Assembly (NCBI GenBank): GCA_963740355.1
Contig: CAVUDW010000002.1
Coordinates: forward strand, 1,184,001 to 1,248,000
Reading direction: 5' to 3'
Source: an uncultured Gemmatimonadaceae bacterium
GTDB lineage: Bacteria > Gemmatimonadota > Gemmatimonadetes > Gemmatimonadales > Gemmatimonadaceae
DNA length: 64,000 nucleotides
Numbering within the stretch: position 1 is the stretch's first letter; the number at the start of each line of letters is the position of its first letter. The notes beneath the pieces are model-generated. The model did not search any database. It worked only from the letters and a program-made list of their open reading frames with translations, and was not told where the DNA came from. Positions 9,751-20,048 of the stretch are shown here, piece by piece. Made by a program: the position numbers and the translations under genes.

Positions 9751-10606
9751 ATGCGTCGCCTGCGTCCACTGCTACTCATCTGCGCGATCCTGCTCAGTGC
9801 GTGCGAGCGCGTGGTGAGCCTCACGGTGCCGGAATCGGAACCGCGCCTGGTGGTGGAGGCGCGCCTCGAGCGGGTGCGCAATGCGGTGAGCGGCCGGCAA
9901 CGCGTGAAGTTGACGACCACTGGCAGCTACTTCAGTGTCGCGTCACCGGCGCCGGTACGTGGTGCCGTGGTTCGGGTGGCAGACGACTCCGGTCGCGTGG
10001 TGACGTTTGCGGAATCGGCGACGGAGCCAGGTGTGTATCTGTCCACGTTCTTCGTGATCACCGTCGGCCGCACCTATACGTTGCGGATCACGCACGACGG
10101 CGATGAGTATGCGTCCACCGAGACCGCGCTGGGCGGGGTGCCGATCGACTCGGTGTATTTTCGCGAGCGCACCGTGGCGGTGGGGCCGGTGGATGGCTTG
10201 CGCGCGACGATCGCCCTCAGGGATCCCGTCGGCGTGAAGAATTTCTATCTCTGGGACCAGTTCGTGGATGGCCGGCGGTTGGTGTCGCCCGACAGCGAGT
10301 CATACTCGCGTGTGGTGGCGTCCGATGACTTTCGTGACGGCACGCGGATCAGGGATTTCCAACCATACGCCGGCATCGTGGTGCGGCCAGGGGCAGGAGG
10401 TGCTGGTGCGTCAGGTGTCGATTTCCGAGCCCGCGTATCAGTTCTATCGCGCGTTGTCGGAACAGTCGCTCAACGATGGCTCGCCGTTCGGCGTTCAGCC
10501 CGCGAACCTTCGTGGAAATGTGGCAAATCTCACCTCGCCGTCGAGATATGCACTCGGCTATTTCATCGTCGCAGAAGTGACCGAGGCGGCGGGAATCGTA
10601 CTGTAG
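9751..10606 (+). CDS. DUF4249-like lipoprotein partner of the TonB receptor; +1 frameshift at GGGG 10390-10393 (probably an assembly error)
   Basis: Lipobox LLSAC and 'EPRLVVEA'. Removing one G joins '...VVRPG' to 'QEVLVRQVSISEPAYQFY...PANLRGNV...ALGYF', the typical family C-terminus. Confidence 0.8.
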
Positions 10607-10878
10607 CGGTCGATGCGCTAAGTGTTTCCTCATCAAACACTTATGCCATCCGCAGGCCCGCGTGCCGGGTGACCCGGGCGAGGGTCATTCGTCTGCTTGA
10701 TTGGCGGATCTGCACATCCGAAGTTCCTCCATCTCGATCGTGGTACGCGTCTTGCTCAGGGAGGGTTCTGGGCTTTCTCGCGTGATCGACGTGGATGACG
10801 CGGCGCCACCCAATTTCGATGCACCAACGGCTCCGTATGTAGTCCACGACGTTCGCAGTACGCACGCCTCCCACGTGA

Positions 10879-10982
10879 GGCCGCGACAAAGGCATAGCCG
10901 GTGAAAACCGGCGACGCAAAGCTACGAGGCTAATGCAGTGCGACAAGTCGGTCGCGTGTTATGCCAGTCGGGCTACCCGGTT
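10879..10982 (+). ncRNA. c-di-GMP-I (GEMM) riboswitch
   Basis: Sequence AAAGGCATA-GCCGGT-GAAA-ACCGGC-GACGCAAAG-CTACGAGG-CTAA...TATG-CCAGTCGGGCTACC contains the GNRA hairpin, the GACGCAAAG core, the CTAA/ATG tetraloop receptor and P1 (ggccg/cggtt). Ends about 25 nt before the GH18 start. Confidence 0.88.
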
Positions 10983-11006
10983 AAGCAAATACTCATCGGA
11001 GAAGGC

Positions 11007-12482
11007 ATGCATACGCACCGGAAGATTTTTGCGGCGGCGCTCGTCGCGCTCGCGGCGGTCACGACGGGCTGTTCCGACAAGAGCGCGGACGCCACCAGCG
11101 AGCCACAGCTCGCCATCTCACGCCTTGCCGGCGTGAGCGTCTCGCCAGCCCTCGATACAGTGGCCGTGGGCAGCACCGCACAGCTCAAGGCAACGGCGCG
11201 CGATCGACGCGGTCGCACTATCAGCGGCGCGGTGATCACATGGTCAACCGCGACGCCTGGTGTCGCCACAGTTTCCTCCACGGGTTTGGTGAAGGGTGTC
11301 GCGGCCGGTACGGTCAAGATCACCGCCATCTACGGCAGCTACACCTCGAGCGCGCAGCTGCTTGTGACGGGTGCGGTGACGGTCGACACCTTGCCGACGC
11401 CGGTTCCTGTCCCGACGCCGACGCCAACCACCGGTCGCTGGGTCTCCGGCTATTACATCGGATACCAGCGCAGCCTGTACCCGGAAACGGCGATCGACTT
11501 CTCCCTCATGACGCACATCCTCGTCGGCGCGATCCAGACGTCGCCCACGGGTGTGATCAACACCGACTTCTACATCGATGCGGTCAACGGACCGGCGATG
11601 GCGAAGACGATCGCGACCCGCGCGCATGCCGCCGGTCGGAAGGCGATCCTGATGCTCGGCGGCGACGGTGCCCGCGCCAACCTGCTGTCCGCCACCTCGT
11701 CCGCCAACATGTCGACGTTCGTGACGAATCTCATCACGACGATGAACACGCTCGGCTACGATGGCATCGATGTCGACTGGGAGCCGATCGCCGTCTCCGA
11801 CCAGCCGCAGCTGCTCGACCTGTTGAAGCGCCTGAAGGCCGCGAAGCCGAACATCATCCTCACCGTGCCGTTGCCGTGGGCTCCGCCCGTCAGCAGCTGG
11901 TATGCACAGATGGCTGCCGTGGTGGACCAGGTCAACATCATGTCGTACGGCATGGCTGGAAACTGGGGTGGTTGGGACAGCTGGCACGGTGCCGCGCTCC
12001 GTGGTGAAACTGCCACGCGCCCGACGTCCGTCTCGAAGGCTGTGAGCATGTATACCGCGGTCGGCGTGCCGGCCGCCAAGATCGGTGTGGGCATCGGCTT
12101 CTACGGCTCGTGCTGGCGTGGCGTGAACACCATGGGTGTGCCGCTCGTCTCGGGTGCCGACGTCTATGCAGGCGACAACTCGATGAGCTACACGAACATC
12201 ATGAACAGCTACTACTCATCGGCAGCGTACAAGTGGGATGCCACGGCGAGCGCGGGTTACCTCTCGTTCGCGAGTGCCACGGGTCCGCAGTCGTGCAACA
12301 TGGTGTCGTACGAGGACGTGCAGTCGATCACGGCGAAGGGAGCCTACGTGAAGAGCGCCGGCCTCGGTGGCGCGATTCTCTGGACGATCAACCAGGCCTA
12401 TTTCCCGAACGCTGCGCTTGGGTCACGTGATCCGCTCGATGAAGGCGGCCTACACCTCGATCGTCCCCTGAACCATCGATAG
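11007..12482 (+). CDS. GH18 chitinase-like lipoprotein with an Ig-like (Big_2) domain and PT linker; true C-terminus is probably ...DPLMKAAYTSIVP* after a 1-nt indel near 12437
   Basis: Catalytic motif 'YDGIDVDWE' (DxxDxDxE), plus 'NIMSY', 'SYED' and 'GLGGAILW'. Lipobox TTGC. RBS GGAGAAGG before ATG 11007. Confidence 0.92.
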   Translation: MHTHRKIFAAALVALAAVTTGCSDKSADATSEPQLAISRLAGVSVSPALDTVAVGSTAQLKATARDRRGRTISGAVITWSTATPGVATVSSTGLVKGVAAGTVKITAIYGSYTSSAQLLVTGAVTVDTLPTPVPVPTPTPTTGRWVSGYYIGYQRSLYPETAIDFSLMTHILVGAIQTSPTGVINTDFYIDAVNGPAMAKTIATRAHAAGRKAILMLGGDGARANLLSATSSANMSTFVTNLITTMNTLGYDGIDVDWEPIAVSDQPQLLDLLKRLKAAKPNIILTVPLPWAPPVSSWYAQMAAVVDQVNIMSYGMAGNWGGWDSWHGAALRGETATRPTSVSKAVSMYTAVGVPAAKIGVGIGFYGSCWRGVNTMGVPLVSGADVYAGDNSMSYTNIMNSYYSSAAYKWDATASAGYLSFASATGPQSCNMVSYEDVQSITAKGAYVKSAGLGGAILWTINQAYFPNAALGSRDPLDEGGLHLDRPLNHR

Positions 12483-12501
12483 GGTCGAAGTGGCTGGAAC
12501 G

Positions 12502-12538
12502 AGCGGGGCGCCGAGAAGATCGGCGCCCCGCTTTTTTT
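12502..12538 (+). terminator. Rho-independent terminator
   Basis: Hairpin agcggggcgccga-gaaga-tcggcgccccgct running into a T7 tract. Confidence 0.9.
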
Positions 12539-12642
12539 GTGCGACGGGCCAGTTTTGCCGATGAGGCCTCGCGCCCCGTCGCTTCAGGTAAGAGTTTAGG
12601 GAGGCTACTCCCAGGCCCTCAACTCGTCCCGGACTTCCTGAC

Positions 12643-15600
12643 ATGCGGCTCGTTCGCCTGAACCTCGCTCCCACCGTTTGGCTGACCGCGGCGGTGTTGA
12701 TTGCGGTTTCTCACGCTTCTGCCCAGCGCGCGGGCACCGGTGCCCCGCGTACGGCCGCGGCGCCGGCCTACGACCCGAGCCTCTACTCGTCGCCCACGGC
12801 CACCAGCGGGGCCCTGAAGGCGCTGCGCTGGCGCAATGTCGGCCCCACCCGCGGTGGTCGCGCGAACGCAGTGGTGGGTGATCCAACAAAACCGTTCGTC
12901 TTCTACTTCGGTGGCGTCAATGGCGGCATCTGGCGGACGGCGAACGCTGGACAGACGTGGCAGAACATCACCGACGGCAAGACTGACATCTCCTCGGTTG
13001 GCGCGCTCGCGATCGCACCCTCCGATCCCAATGTGATCTACGCGGGCACCGGTGAATCGCAGCTCCGTGAGGACCTCACCTTCGGCACCGGCATCTATCG
13101 CTCGACCGACGCAGGCACGACCTGGCAGAAGCTCGGCCTCTCCGACTCGCACCAGATCGCGGACATCGTCGTCGATCCGCGCGATCCGGATCGCGTGATG
13201 GTCGCCGTGATGGGGCACGCCTTCGGCCCGAATGCCGAACGTGGTGTGTTCCGCACGCTCGACGGCGGCAAGTCGTGGAAGAAGGTGCTCTTCATCAACG
13301 ACTCGACCGGCGCCAATGATCTGTCGATCGATCCGTCGAATCCCCGGATCATGTACGCATCCATGTACAAGTTCCAGCGCACGCCGTGGTCGATGATCTC
13401 GGGCGGTGGTCGCAGCGGCATCTGGAAGACCGTCGATGGTGGTGACACGTGGACCGAACTGACGTTCCGCCCCGGGATTCCGTCCACGCCGCTGGGCAAG
13501 ATCGGCATCGACGTCTCGCCGGCGAACCCGAATCGGCTCTACGCCAGTATCGAGGCGCCTGATTCCTCGGGTGGCATCTTCCGCTCGGATGATGCCGGTG
13601 AATCGTGGGAGCGCATGAACACCGACGCGCGGTTCTGGGTGCGCGCCTGGTACTACTCGCAGGTCACCGCCGATCCGCTGAACGAGAACACCGTATACGT
13701 CATGAACCTCGGCGTGTATCGATCGATCGATGGCGGCAAGTCGTTCTCGCGCCTGCGGGTGCCACACGGCGACACCCATGCCATGTGGATCGATCCGAAG
13801 GACAGCAAGCGGATGATCAACTCGAATGACGGCGGCGGTACCATTTCGCTCGATGGTGGCACGACCTGGTCGAGCATCTACAATCAGCCGACGGCGCAGT
13901 TCTATCACGTCACCACCGACAACCAGTTCCCCTATCGCATCTACGGCGCGCAGCAGGACAACAGCGCCATCTCGATCGCCAGCCGCTCCGACGACGGCGT
14001 GATCGGTGAGCGCGACTACTACAGCGTGGCAGGCTGTGAAAATGCGACCGTTGCCGTCGACCCGCGCAATCCGCTGATCACCTACGGCGGCTGCTACATG
14101 GGGGCGTTCTCGCGGTATGATCACGGCCGCCGCCAGGAACGCGATATCTCGGTGGGCTTGCGCAACTACGATGGCTGGGCCGCTGGAGACGTGCCGGAAC
14201 GCTTCCAGTGGACGTTCCCGGTGCTCGTCTCGCCGCACGATCCGCAAACGCTCTACGTCACCTCGCAGCACGTCTGGCGCACCCGCAACGAAGGGGCGAG
14301 CTGGGAGAAGATCTCGCCTGATCTCACCACGCATGATCCCGCCACGCTGAAGCGCACCGGCGGGCCAATCCACGGCGAGATGACCGGCGCCGAGTGGTAC
14401 GCCACGATCTATGCGTTCGCCGAATCGCCAAAGGTGAAGGGTGTGTTGTGGGCAGGGTCGGACGACGGCATGCTGAGCGTCTCGAAGGACGGTGGCGCGA
14501 CGTGGCAGAACGTGACACCGCCCGGCTACGGCAAGCTCACGCGCACCGCGCACATCGATCCGTCACCGCATGATCCCGCGGTGGTGTATGTGGCCGCGAA
14601 TCGGTATCAGCAGGACGACTTTGCGCCGTATCTCTGGAAGAGTGCCGACTACGGCAAGACCTGGACGAAGATCGTGACCGGGATTCCGTCGAACGCCTTC
14701 ACACGGGTGGTGCGTGAGGATCCGGTTCGCCGCGGATTGCTGTACGCAGGCACCGAGTACGGTGTGTGGGTGAGCATGGACGACGGTGGGTCGTGGCAGC
14801 CGATGCAGCTCAACCTGCCGCGCGTCAGCGTGCGTGACCTGACGGTGCATGGCAACGACCTGATCGCCGCGACGCATGGGCGTGCGTTCTGGGTGATCGA
14901 TGATCTGTCACCATTGCGTGGCTTGACGGATGCGGTGATGAAGACGCCGGTGCACCTCTTCCAGCCCGCGACGGCGATCCTGTGGGATGGTTATGGATGG
15001 CAGCGTGATGGTGCGGCGGGTGAAAATCCACCGCCGGGCGCACTGGTCGACTATTGGCTGAAGGAGAAGCCTGCCGCCGGCACGGCCGTGACGGTGCAAT
15101 TCCTCGATGCCAAGGGCGCGATCATTCGCAGCTTTGCGGCTGACAACGCGGCCGACACGTCGCGTGCAGCCGGTGACTCGATCGCTGCGAGGAAGGTGGT
15201 GACCGACAGCCTGTCGTATTACGCGGCCGACTCCATTCTTCGCATCAAGGCCGGGACGAATCGCTTCGTCTGGAACCTGCGATATCCCGATGCGCGTGAA
15301 CTGCGCAATACCGTCATCGACGAAGGGAGCCTCAGTGGTCCCAAGGTGCCGCCAGGCACGTATACCGTGCGATTGATCGTCGGCAAGGATTCGTCGAGCC
15401 GGCAGTTCGCCGTTGTTGCCGATCCGCGGTCGACATCCACCACCGCTGACCTGACGCAGCAGTTCGAGACGGCGCAGCGTGTGCGCGCTCGCCTCAATGA
15501 ACTGGTGGAGCGCGTCGAGCGGCTCGAGGACCTGCAGTCACAGCTCGATGCGCGTGTCTCGCAGACCAAGGGGCAGGCGTACGCGGCGCAGGTTGCGGAT

Positions 15601-15921
15601 GCCGCCAAGGCGGCGCGAGCCAAGCTCGAGGTGGTGCGCTCCGAGCTGTACGAAACGGCGTGTCATGTCGACCAGTGCACACTCGATCAGCCAGTCCGCT
15701 TGTACAACTGGTTCATCACGCTCAACTCGCAGGTCCAGACTGGCGCCTACGCGCCGACGCAGCAGCACGGCGACATCCTCACCGACCTCTCGGGCAAGCT
15801 GGACGTCCAGTTGAAGGCGCTGGAACGGATCGAGCAGGATGACATCGCAAAATTCAATGCGATGCTGCAGGGCCTGGGCATCCCGAGTGTGTTCGTGAAG
15901 CCGAAGCCGCCGATCAGCTGA
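12643..15921 (+). CDS. VPS10/BNR (Asp-box) repeat glycosyl-hydrolase-like secreted protein
   Basis: 'WRNVGPTRGGR', many S/T.DGG.TW Asp boxes, 'DLIAATHGRAFWVIDD' and a C-terminal coiled coil. Confidence 0.9.
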   Translation: MRLVRLNLAPTVWLTAAVLIAVSHASAQRAGTGAPRTAAAPAYDPSLYSSPTATSGALKALRWRNVGPTRGGRANAVVGDPTKPFVFYFGGVNGGIWRTANAGQTWQNITDGKTDISSVGALAIAPSDPNVIYAGTGESQLREDLTFGTGIYRSTDAGTTWQKLGLSDSHQIADIVVDPRDPDRVMVAVMGHAFGPNAERGVFRTLDGGKSWKKVLFINDSTGANDLSIDPSNPRIMYASMYKFQRTPWSMISGGGRSGIWKTVDGGDTWTELTFRPGIPSTPLGKIGIDVSPANPNRLYASIEAPDSSGGIFRSDDAGESWERMNTDARFWVRAWYYSQVTADPLNENTVYVMNLGVYRSIDGGKSFSRLRVPHGDTHAMWIDPKDSKRMINSNDGGGTISLDGGTTWSSIYNQPTAQFYHVTTDNQFPYRIYGAQQDNSAISIASRSDDGVIGERDYYSVAGCENATVAVDPRNPLITYGGCYMGAFSRYDHGRRQERDISVGLRNYDGWAAGDVPERFQWTFPVLVSPHDPQTLYVTSQHVWRTRNEGASWEKISPDLTTHDPATLKRTGGPIHGEMTGAEWYATIYAFAESPKVKGVLWAGSDDGMLSVSKDGGATWQNVTPPGYGKLTRTAHIDPSPHDPAVVYVAANRYQQDDFAPYLWKSADYGKTWTKIVTGIPSNAFTRVVREDPVRRGLLYAGTEYGVWVSMDDGGSWQPMQLNLPRVSVRDLTVHGNDLIAATHGRAFWVIDDLSPLRGLTDAVMKTPVHLFQPATAILWDGYGWQRDGAAGENPPPGALVDYWLKEKPAAGTAVTVQFLDAKGAIIRSFAADNAADTSRAAGDSIAARKVVTDSLSYYAADSILRIKAGTNRFVWNLRYPDARELRNTVIDEGSLSGPKVPPGTYTVRLIVGKDSSSRQFAVVADPRSTSTTADLTQQFETAQRVRARLNELVERVERLEDLQSQLDARVSQTKGQAYAAQVADAAKAARAKLEVVRSELYETACHVDQCTLDQPVRLYNWFITLNSQVQTGAYAPTQQHGDILTDLSGKLDVQLKALERIEQDDIAKFNAMLQGLGIPSVFVKPKPPIS

Positions 15922-15947
15922 GCGAGCTGACGGTAAACGCGGGGCGG

Positions 15948-16529
15948 TCAGTGCGTGGCGCTGGCCGCATCCGGCATGCCGGCGAAGGCGAGATGACGAA
16001 ACATGCGGTCGACGTCGGCGGCGGGCAGCGGGGTTTCGCTGGTCATCCACCAGACGACCGTCGACCAGAGCGCACCGACGATGTACTCGGTGACCATCGC
16101 CACGGGCATCACGGCACCGTGGCGTGGCGCGTGTGCGGCCACGTCAGCCTGGGTCATCTCGCGCAGCATGCGGCGAATGAGCCTGCCGACCGTCACCTCA
16201 CCCCGCTTGCCGGCGGTCATGCGGTAGATCTGTGCGTGGCTCTCGAGGTGTTCGAAGAACGGCCGTGAAAAACCAAGTCGCTCGCTGGGGCGAGCGGCCG
16301 CTTCCCGCACCAGCCAGGCCCGCAGCCCTCCGATACTGGCCTCCAGCAATGCGTCCTTGCTGTCGAAGTGCGAGTAGAACGTGGCGCGCCCCACACCGCT
16401 CAGGTCGAGGATGTTCTGGATCGTGAGCCGCTCGTAGCCACGGTCCTGGATCAGCCGCACCAAGGACTCGAGCAGCAGCGCGCGCGTGCGCTGGATCCGG
16501 CGATCTGCCGTCTTTTCGGCGATGGGCAT
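15948..16529 (-). CDS. TetR/AcrR family regulator
   Basis: 'DRRIQRTR...GYERLTIQNILDLSGVGRATFYSHFDSKDALL'. Divergent from the ABC genes. Confidence 0.93.
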   Translation of the reverse strand: MPIAEKTADRRIQRTRALLLESLVRLIQDRGYERLTIQNILDLSGVGRATFYSHFDSKDALLEASIGGLRAWLVREAAARPSERLGFSRPFFEHLESHAQIYRMTAGKRGEVTVGRLIRRMLREMTQADVAAHAPRHGAVMPVAMVTEYIVGALWSTVVWWMTSETPLPAADVDRMFRHLAFAGMPDAASATH

Positions 16530-16653
16530 GGGTCGTTCCTGAACAGAAGTGATGCGGTTATTCGGAAACGAACAAGAATCCACAGGCTGTGCGGGGATTC
16601 ATCGGTGCGCCTCAGTATGCTCGACTCCATGTCCCTCAACAAGGAGCAGAAGC

Positions 16654-17385
16654 GTGCTGCAAGGTTCACCGATCGGCCCGTTCGTCCGCCTGCGCGGCGT
16701 CTCGAAATCCTACGGCGTGGCCAGCGGTGCGGCACGGCAATTCGTGGCCCTGCATGCGATCTCGCTCGACATCGCGGCCGGTGAGTGTGTCGCCGTCGTG
16801 GGAAAATCGGGGAGCGGCAAGACGACGCTCATCAACCTGCTGACGGGGATCGACACGCCGTCCAGTGGCAGCATCGACATCGGACCCTACGCGGTGCACC
16901 AGCTCTCGCAGAACGAGCTGGCTGCGTGGCGTGGCAAACACGTCGGCATCGTGTTCCAGTTCTTCCAACTGCTGCCAACGCTGACGATTGCCGAAAACGT
17001 GATGTTGCCGATGGATTTCTGCAGCGCATTTCCTCGTCGGGAGCGACGGCCGCGGGCACTCGCACTCCTCGACCGCCTCGACATCATCGAGCAGGCCGAC
17101 AAGATCCCTGCCGATCTTTCTGGCGGGCAGCAGCAGCGCGCAGCGATTGCACGGGCGCTGGCAAACGATCCACCGCTGATCGTGGCCGATGAACCAACGG
17201 GCAACCTCGATTCGGCCACGTCTGATGACGTGATGTCGTTCCTTGCCAGCCTGGCGCGCGACGGAAAGACAGTGATCACCGTGTCGCACGAACGCGAGCT
17301 CGAGCGCTACTTCACGCGCACCATCAGCCTGCGCGATGGCCTCGTGGTCGAGGATACCGCTACGCCACTCGAGGTCACGCGATGA
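16654..17385 (+). CDS. ABC transporter ATP-binding protein (LolD/MacB-like)
   Basis: Walker A GKSGSGKT, signature LSGGQQQR and [12 protein letters not shown] 16654 is preceded by AAGGAG. Confidence 0.94.
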   Translation: MLQGSPIGPFVRLRGVSKSYGVASGAARQFVALHAISLDIAAGECVAVVGKSGSGKTTLINLLTGIDTPSSGSIDIGPYAVHQLSQNELAAWRGKHVGIVFQFFQLLPTLTIAENVMLPMDFCSAFPRRERRPRALALLDRLDIIEQADKIPADLSGGQQQRAAIARALANDPPLIVADEPTGNLDSATSDDVMSFLASLARDGKTVITVSHERELERYFTRTISLRDGLVVEDTATPLEVTR

Positions 17386-19787
17386 ACACTCGGTGGGTAA
17401 AGATGCTGCGTGACGTGTCGGTTGCTCGCGGCCGGATGGGCATGGTGGCAGCGGCGATGGCGGTGAGCATCTGCGCGGTGGTCACGATGCTCACGACCTA
17501 CACGGTGCTGCGGCGTGAGGTGCCGCAGAGCTACATCGGCTCCAATCCGGCGTCGGCGCAACTCGCGATGGCTGGCAGTGTGCCGGATACCCTGCTCGCG
17601 GCCGTCCGCCGCATGCCCAACATCGCCGACGCTGAACTGGCCACCACCGTGATGGCGCGCATCGATGTTGGTGCAGGGGAGTGGCTTCCGTTGCTGCTCT
17701 TCGTCCGTCCGGATGTGGCGGCGTCGCGTATCAACACGTTGCATCCTGAGAGTGGTGCCTGGCCGCTTCAGGATGGCGGTATCGCGATCGAGCGCAGCGC
17801 CATGGCCCTCACCAGAAGCGAGGTTGGTCGTACGGTCACGATCGACCTGCCAGGGGCCGGCCGCCGGTCGCTGCTGCTCGCTGGCAGCGTGCACGATCCG
17901 GGCGTGGCGCCCGCGTGGCAGGAACAGGTCGTGTACGGCTATGTGTCAGCCGCGACGCTTTCGCGCGTTGGGCACACCACACCACTCGATGTGATCGCGT
18001 TGGTGGTGCGCGACGGGGCCGCGGATGCCGCTGCAATCGAGCGCACGGTGCGCCAGGTCAGCGCCGCGCTGACAGTTGCTGGGCACCCGGTGCTGGAGGC
18101 GCGAATCCCTCCGCCGCAGCGCCACCCGCACCAGTCGCAGATGAATGCCGTGATCACGATGCTGCTGGTGTTCAGCCTGCTCGTGCTGGTACTTGGCGCC
18201 TTGTTGACGGGAGGGGTCATCAATGCATGGCTCGCGCAACAGTCACGCCAGATTGCGATCATGAAGGCGATTGGCGCACAAACGGCACAGATCTCGACCC
18301 TCTACGTCGTGGTCGTGGTGATGCTCGGTACCCTTGCCACCGCCGTTGGCCTGCCGCTGGGGCTTGGCGCGGGACGACAGTTCATCGCGCTGGTGGCGCA
18401 GTTGCTCAACCTGCGACTGGTGAGCGTTGCCACGCCGTGGTGGGTCGGTGCACTCGCACTTGTGCTTGGCATCGGTGCACCCGTGCTTGCTGCTGCGCTG
18501 CCGATCCGTCTCGCGTCGCGTCGTTCGGTGCGCGACACGATCGATGACAACGGCGCCCGCCCGCGTACCAGCGAAGCGAATCGACTGGTGCGCATGATCG
18601 CGCGATGGCGGCTCCCGGATCCGGCCATCACACTCGCCATCCGCAACACCTTTCGTCGCCGTGCGCGTCTCGTGATGACGGCCTCGCTGCTGGCGGGAGC
18701 GGGGGCGATGTTCATCGCCAGCCTCGATCTGAAGGCGGCCTGGGAGCGCAACGTGACGGATGCGCGGCGCGACCGGCTGTTCGACCTCGAGGTGCGACTG
18801 CAACGCAATTCGCCAACGGCGACAGTCCGCACAGCCGCTGCATCCGTGGGTGGGGTCACGCGGGTCGAGTCATGGGAAGCCGCGCATGCGGCACGCGGGG
18901 GCGCGGACGGTCTGGAGATCGAAGGCACCTATCCAGATGGATCGCATGGCGGATTCACGCTGCGCGCGGCCCCACCAGACACGCGACTCATCGCCCATCA
19001 GATGGCGGAAGGCCGCTGGCTTCAGCAAGGTGACATGGCCACCGCCGTCATCAACACGATGGCCCGCCGACTCTCCTTCCGCGACCTGAAGATGGGCGAC
19101 TCGGTCGCGATGCTGGTCAATCGGAAGCCGGTCACCGTGCGAATCGTCGGGGTGCTGTCCGAGCCGCTGACGCCTGCCACGTTGCTCGTGACACCAGGCT
19201 TTTTCGCCAGCTTGTCCGAGGTGCCGGGCACCACCAATACCCTGCGCCTGCAGCTTGCCGATACAGCGTCGGAGTCACGTGTCGTGCGCGAGGTCGGGGC
19301 GGCGCTCGAGCGCGCGGGTGGCCCGGTGAAGGTCGTGATCACCGAAGCCCGCTTTGCGGCGGCGCAAGGTGGGCATGTCTACATCCTGGTGTACGCACTG
19401 GCTTTCATCGCGATGGTGATGGCTATCGTCGGCCTGATCGGACTCACCTCATCGCTCGGGGTATCGGTCCTGGAGCGCACGCGCGAATTCGGCGTGATGC
19501 GCGCGATCGGCTGCAGCACGTCGATGATCGTGCGCACCGTCATCGCCGAGGGAATCGTGATCGCAACAGTGAGTGTCGTGATTGCCTCGATCGTCTCGCG
19601 CATCATCTCCTCGACCGTCGGCCGAGTGCTGGCGTCGATCACGGCGCAGGACCTGACACTCAGCCTCTGGCCGCGGGGTGTGGCGCTCTGGGTCGCCGGA
19701 CTGCTGGTAGGCACTGTGTTGGTCAGCTGTATCCCCGCCCTTCGCGCCGCGCGCCTCACCGTGCGTGACGCTCTCTCGTACGTCTGA
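17382..19787 (+). CDS. ABC transporter permease with two FtsX-like domains
   Basis: Two halves with 'QIAIMKAIGA' and 'ERTREFGVMRAIG'; ends 'TVRDALSYV'. ATGA overlap with the ATPase gene. Confidence 0.92.
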   Translation: MNTRWVKMLRDVSVARGRMGMVAAAMAVSICAVVTMLTTYTVLRREVPQSYIGSNPASAQLAMAGSVPDTLLAAVRRMPNIADAELATTVMARIDVGAGEWLPLLLFVRPDVAASRINTLHPESGAWPLQDGGIAIERSAMALTRSEVGRTVTIDLPGAGRRSLLLAGSVHDPGVAPAWQEQVVYGYVSAATLSRVGHTTPLDVIALVVRDGAADAAAIERTVRQVSAALTVAGHPVLEARIPPPQRHPHQSQMNAVITMLLVFSLLVLVLGALLTGGVINAWLAQQSRQIAIMKAIGAQTAQISTLYVVVVVMLGTLATAVGLPLGLGAGRQFIALVAQLLNLRLVSVATPWWVGALALVLGIGAPVLAAALPIRLASRRSVRDTIDDNGARPRTSEANRLVRMIARWRLPDPAITLAIRNTFRRRARLVMTASLLAGAGAMFIASLDLKAAWERNVTDARRDRLFDLEVRLQRNSPTATVRTAAASVGGVTRVESWEAAHAARGGADGLEIEGTYPDGSHGGFTLRAAPPDTRLIAHQMAEGRWLQQGDMATAVINTMARRLSFRDLKMGDSVAMLVNRKPVTVRIVGVLSEPLTPATLLVTPGFFASLSEVPGTTNTLRLQLADTASESRVVREVGAALERAGGPVKVVITEARFAAAQGGHVYILVYALAFIAMVMAIVGLIGLTSSLGVSVLERTREFGVMRAIGCSTSMIVRTVIAEGIVIATVSVVIASIVSRIISSTVGRVLASITAQDLTLSLWPRGVALWVAGLLVGTVLVSCIPALRAARLTVRDALSYV

Positions 19788-19798
19788 GGATCGTCGAC

Positions 19799-19912
19799 AT
19801 GTCGCTCAAGATTGCAGTACGCTCACTCGCGGTGCTCGCCATCGTCGCGTTAGCCTGGTTGGCGCACCGCGTCGACGGACTGGCGATGCTGAAGCGATTG
19901 CATGGTGGGTGA
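19799..19912 (+). CDS. Small 37-aa single-TM peptide MSLKIAVRSLAVLAIVALAWLAHRVDGLAMLKRLHGG (not in the ORF track)
   Basis: GAGGA RBS overlaps the permease stop. ATG at 19799, TGA at 19910-19912. Hydrophobic core and GC-biased codons. Confidence 0.65.
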   Translation: MSLKIAVRSLAVLAIVALAWLAHRVDGLAMLKRLHGG

Positions 19913-20048
19913 CAGGCGCGGAGGTCTGGACTGGTGGCCGCTCCAGGAACCAGGGCGGGACCAGCGTGGGAACCAGTGCAGGCAGTGACGGATATCGTCG
20001 GTTCCGCCGTCGTCGCTCCCCCTGCCGTTTCCCCCCGCCGGTTCGCCT

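Noticed and set aside
10390..10393. Programmed frameshifting or phase variation at the split genes
   Set aside because: The runs are only 3-4 nt, with no slippery heptamer. They are scattered over unrelated genes, so sequencing error is more parsimonious.
12619..14553. Long antisense ORFs (this 644-aa frame; also 5835-7313, 21241-22476, 27397-28617, 51609-52853, 56916-58328, 62380-63834)
   Set aside because: Shadow frames of well-supported genes in high-GC DNA, with no motifs and Arg/His-rich composition.
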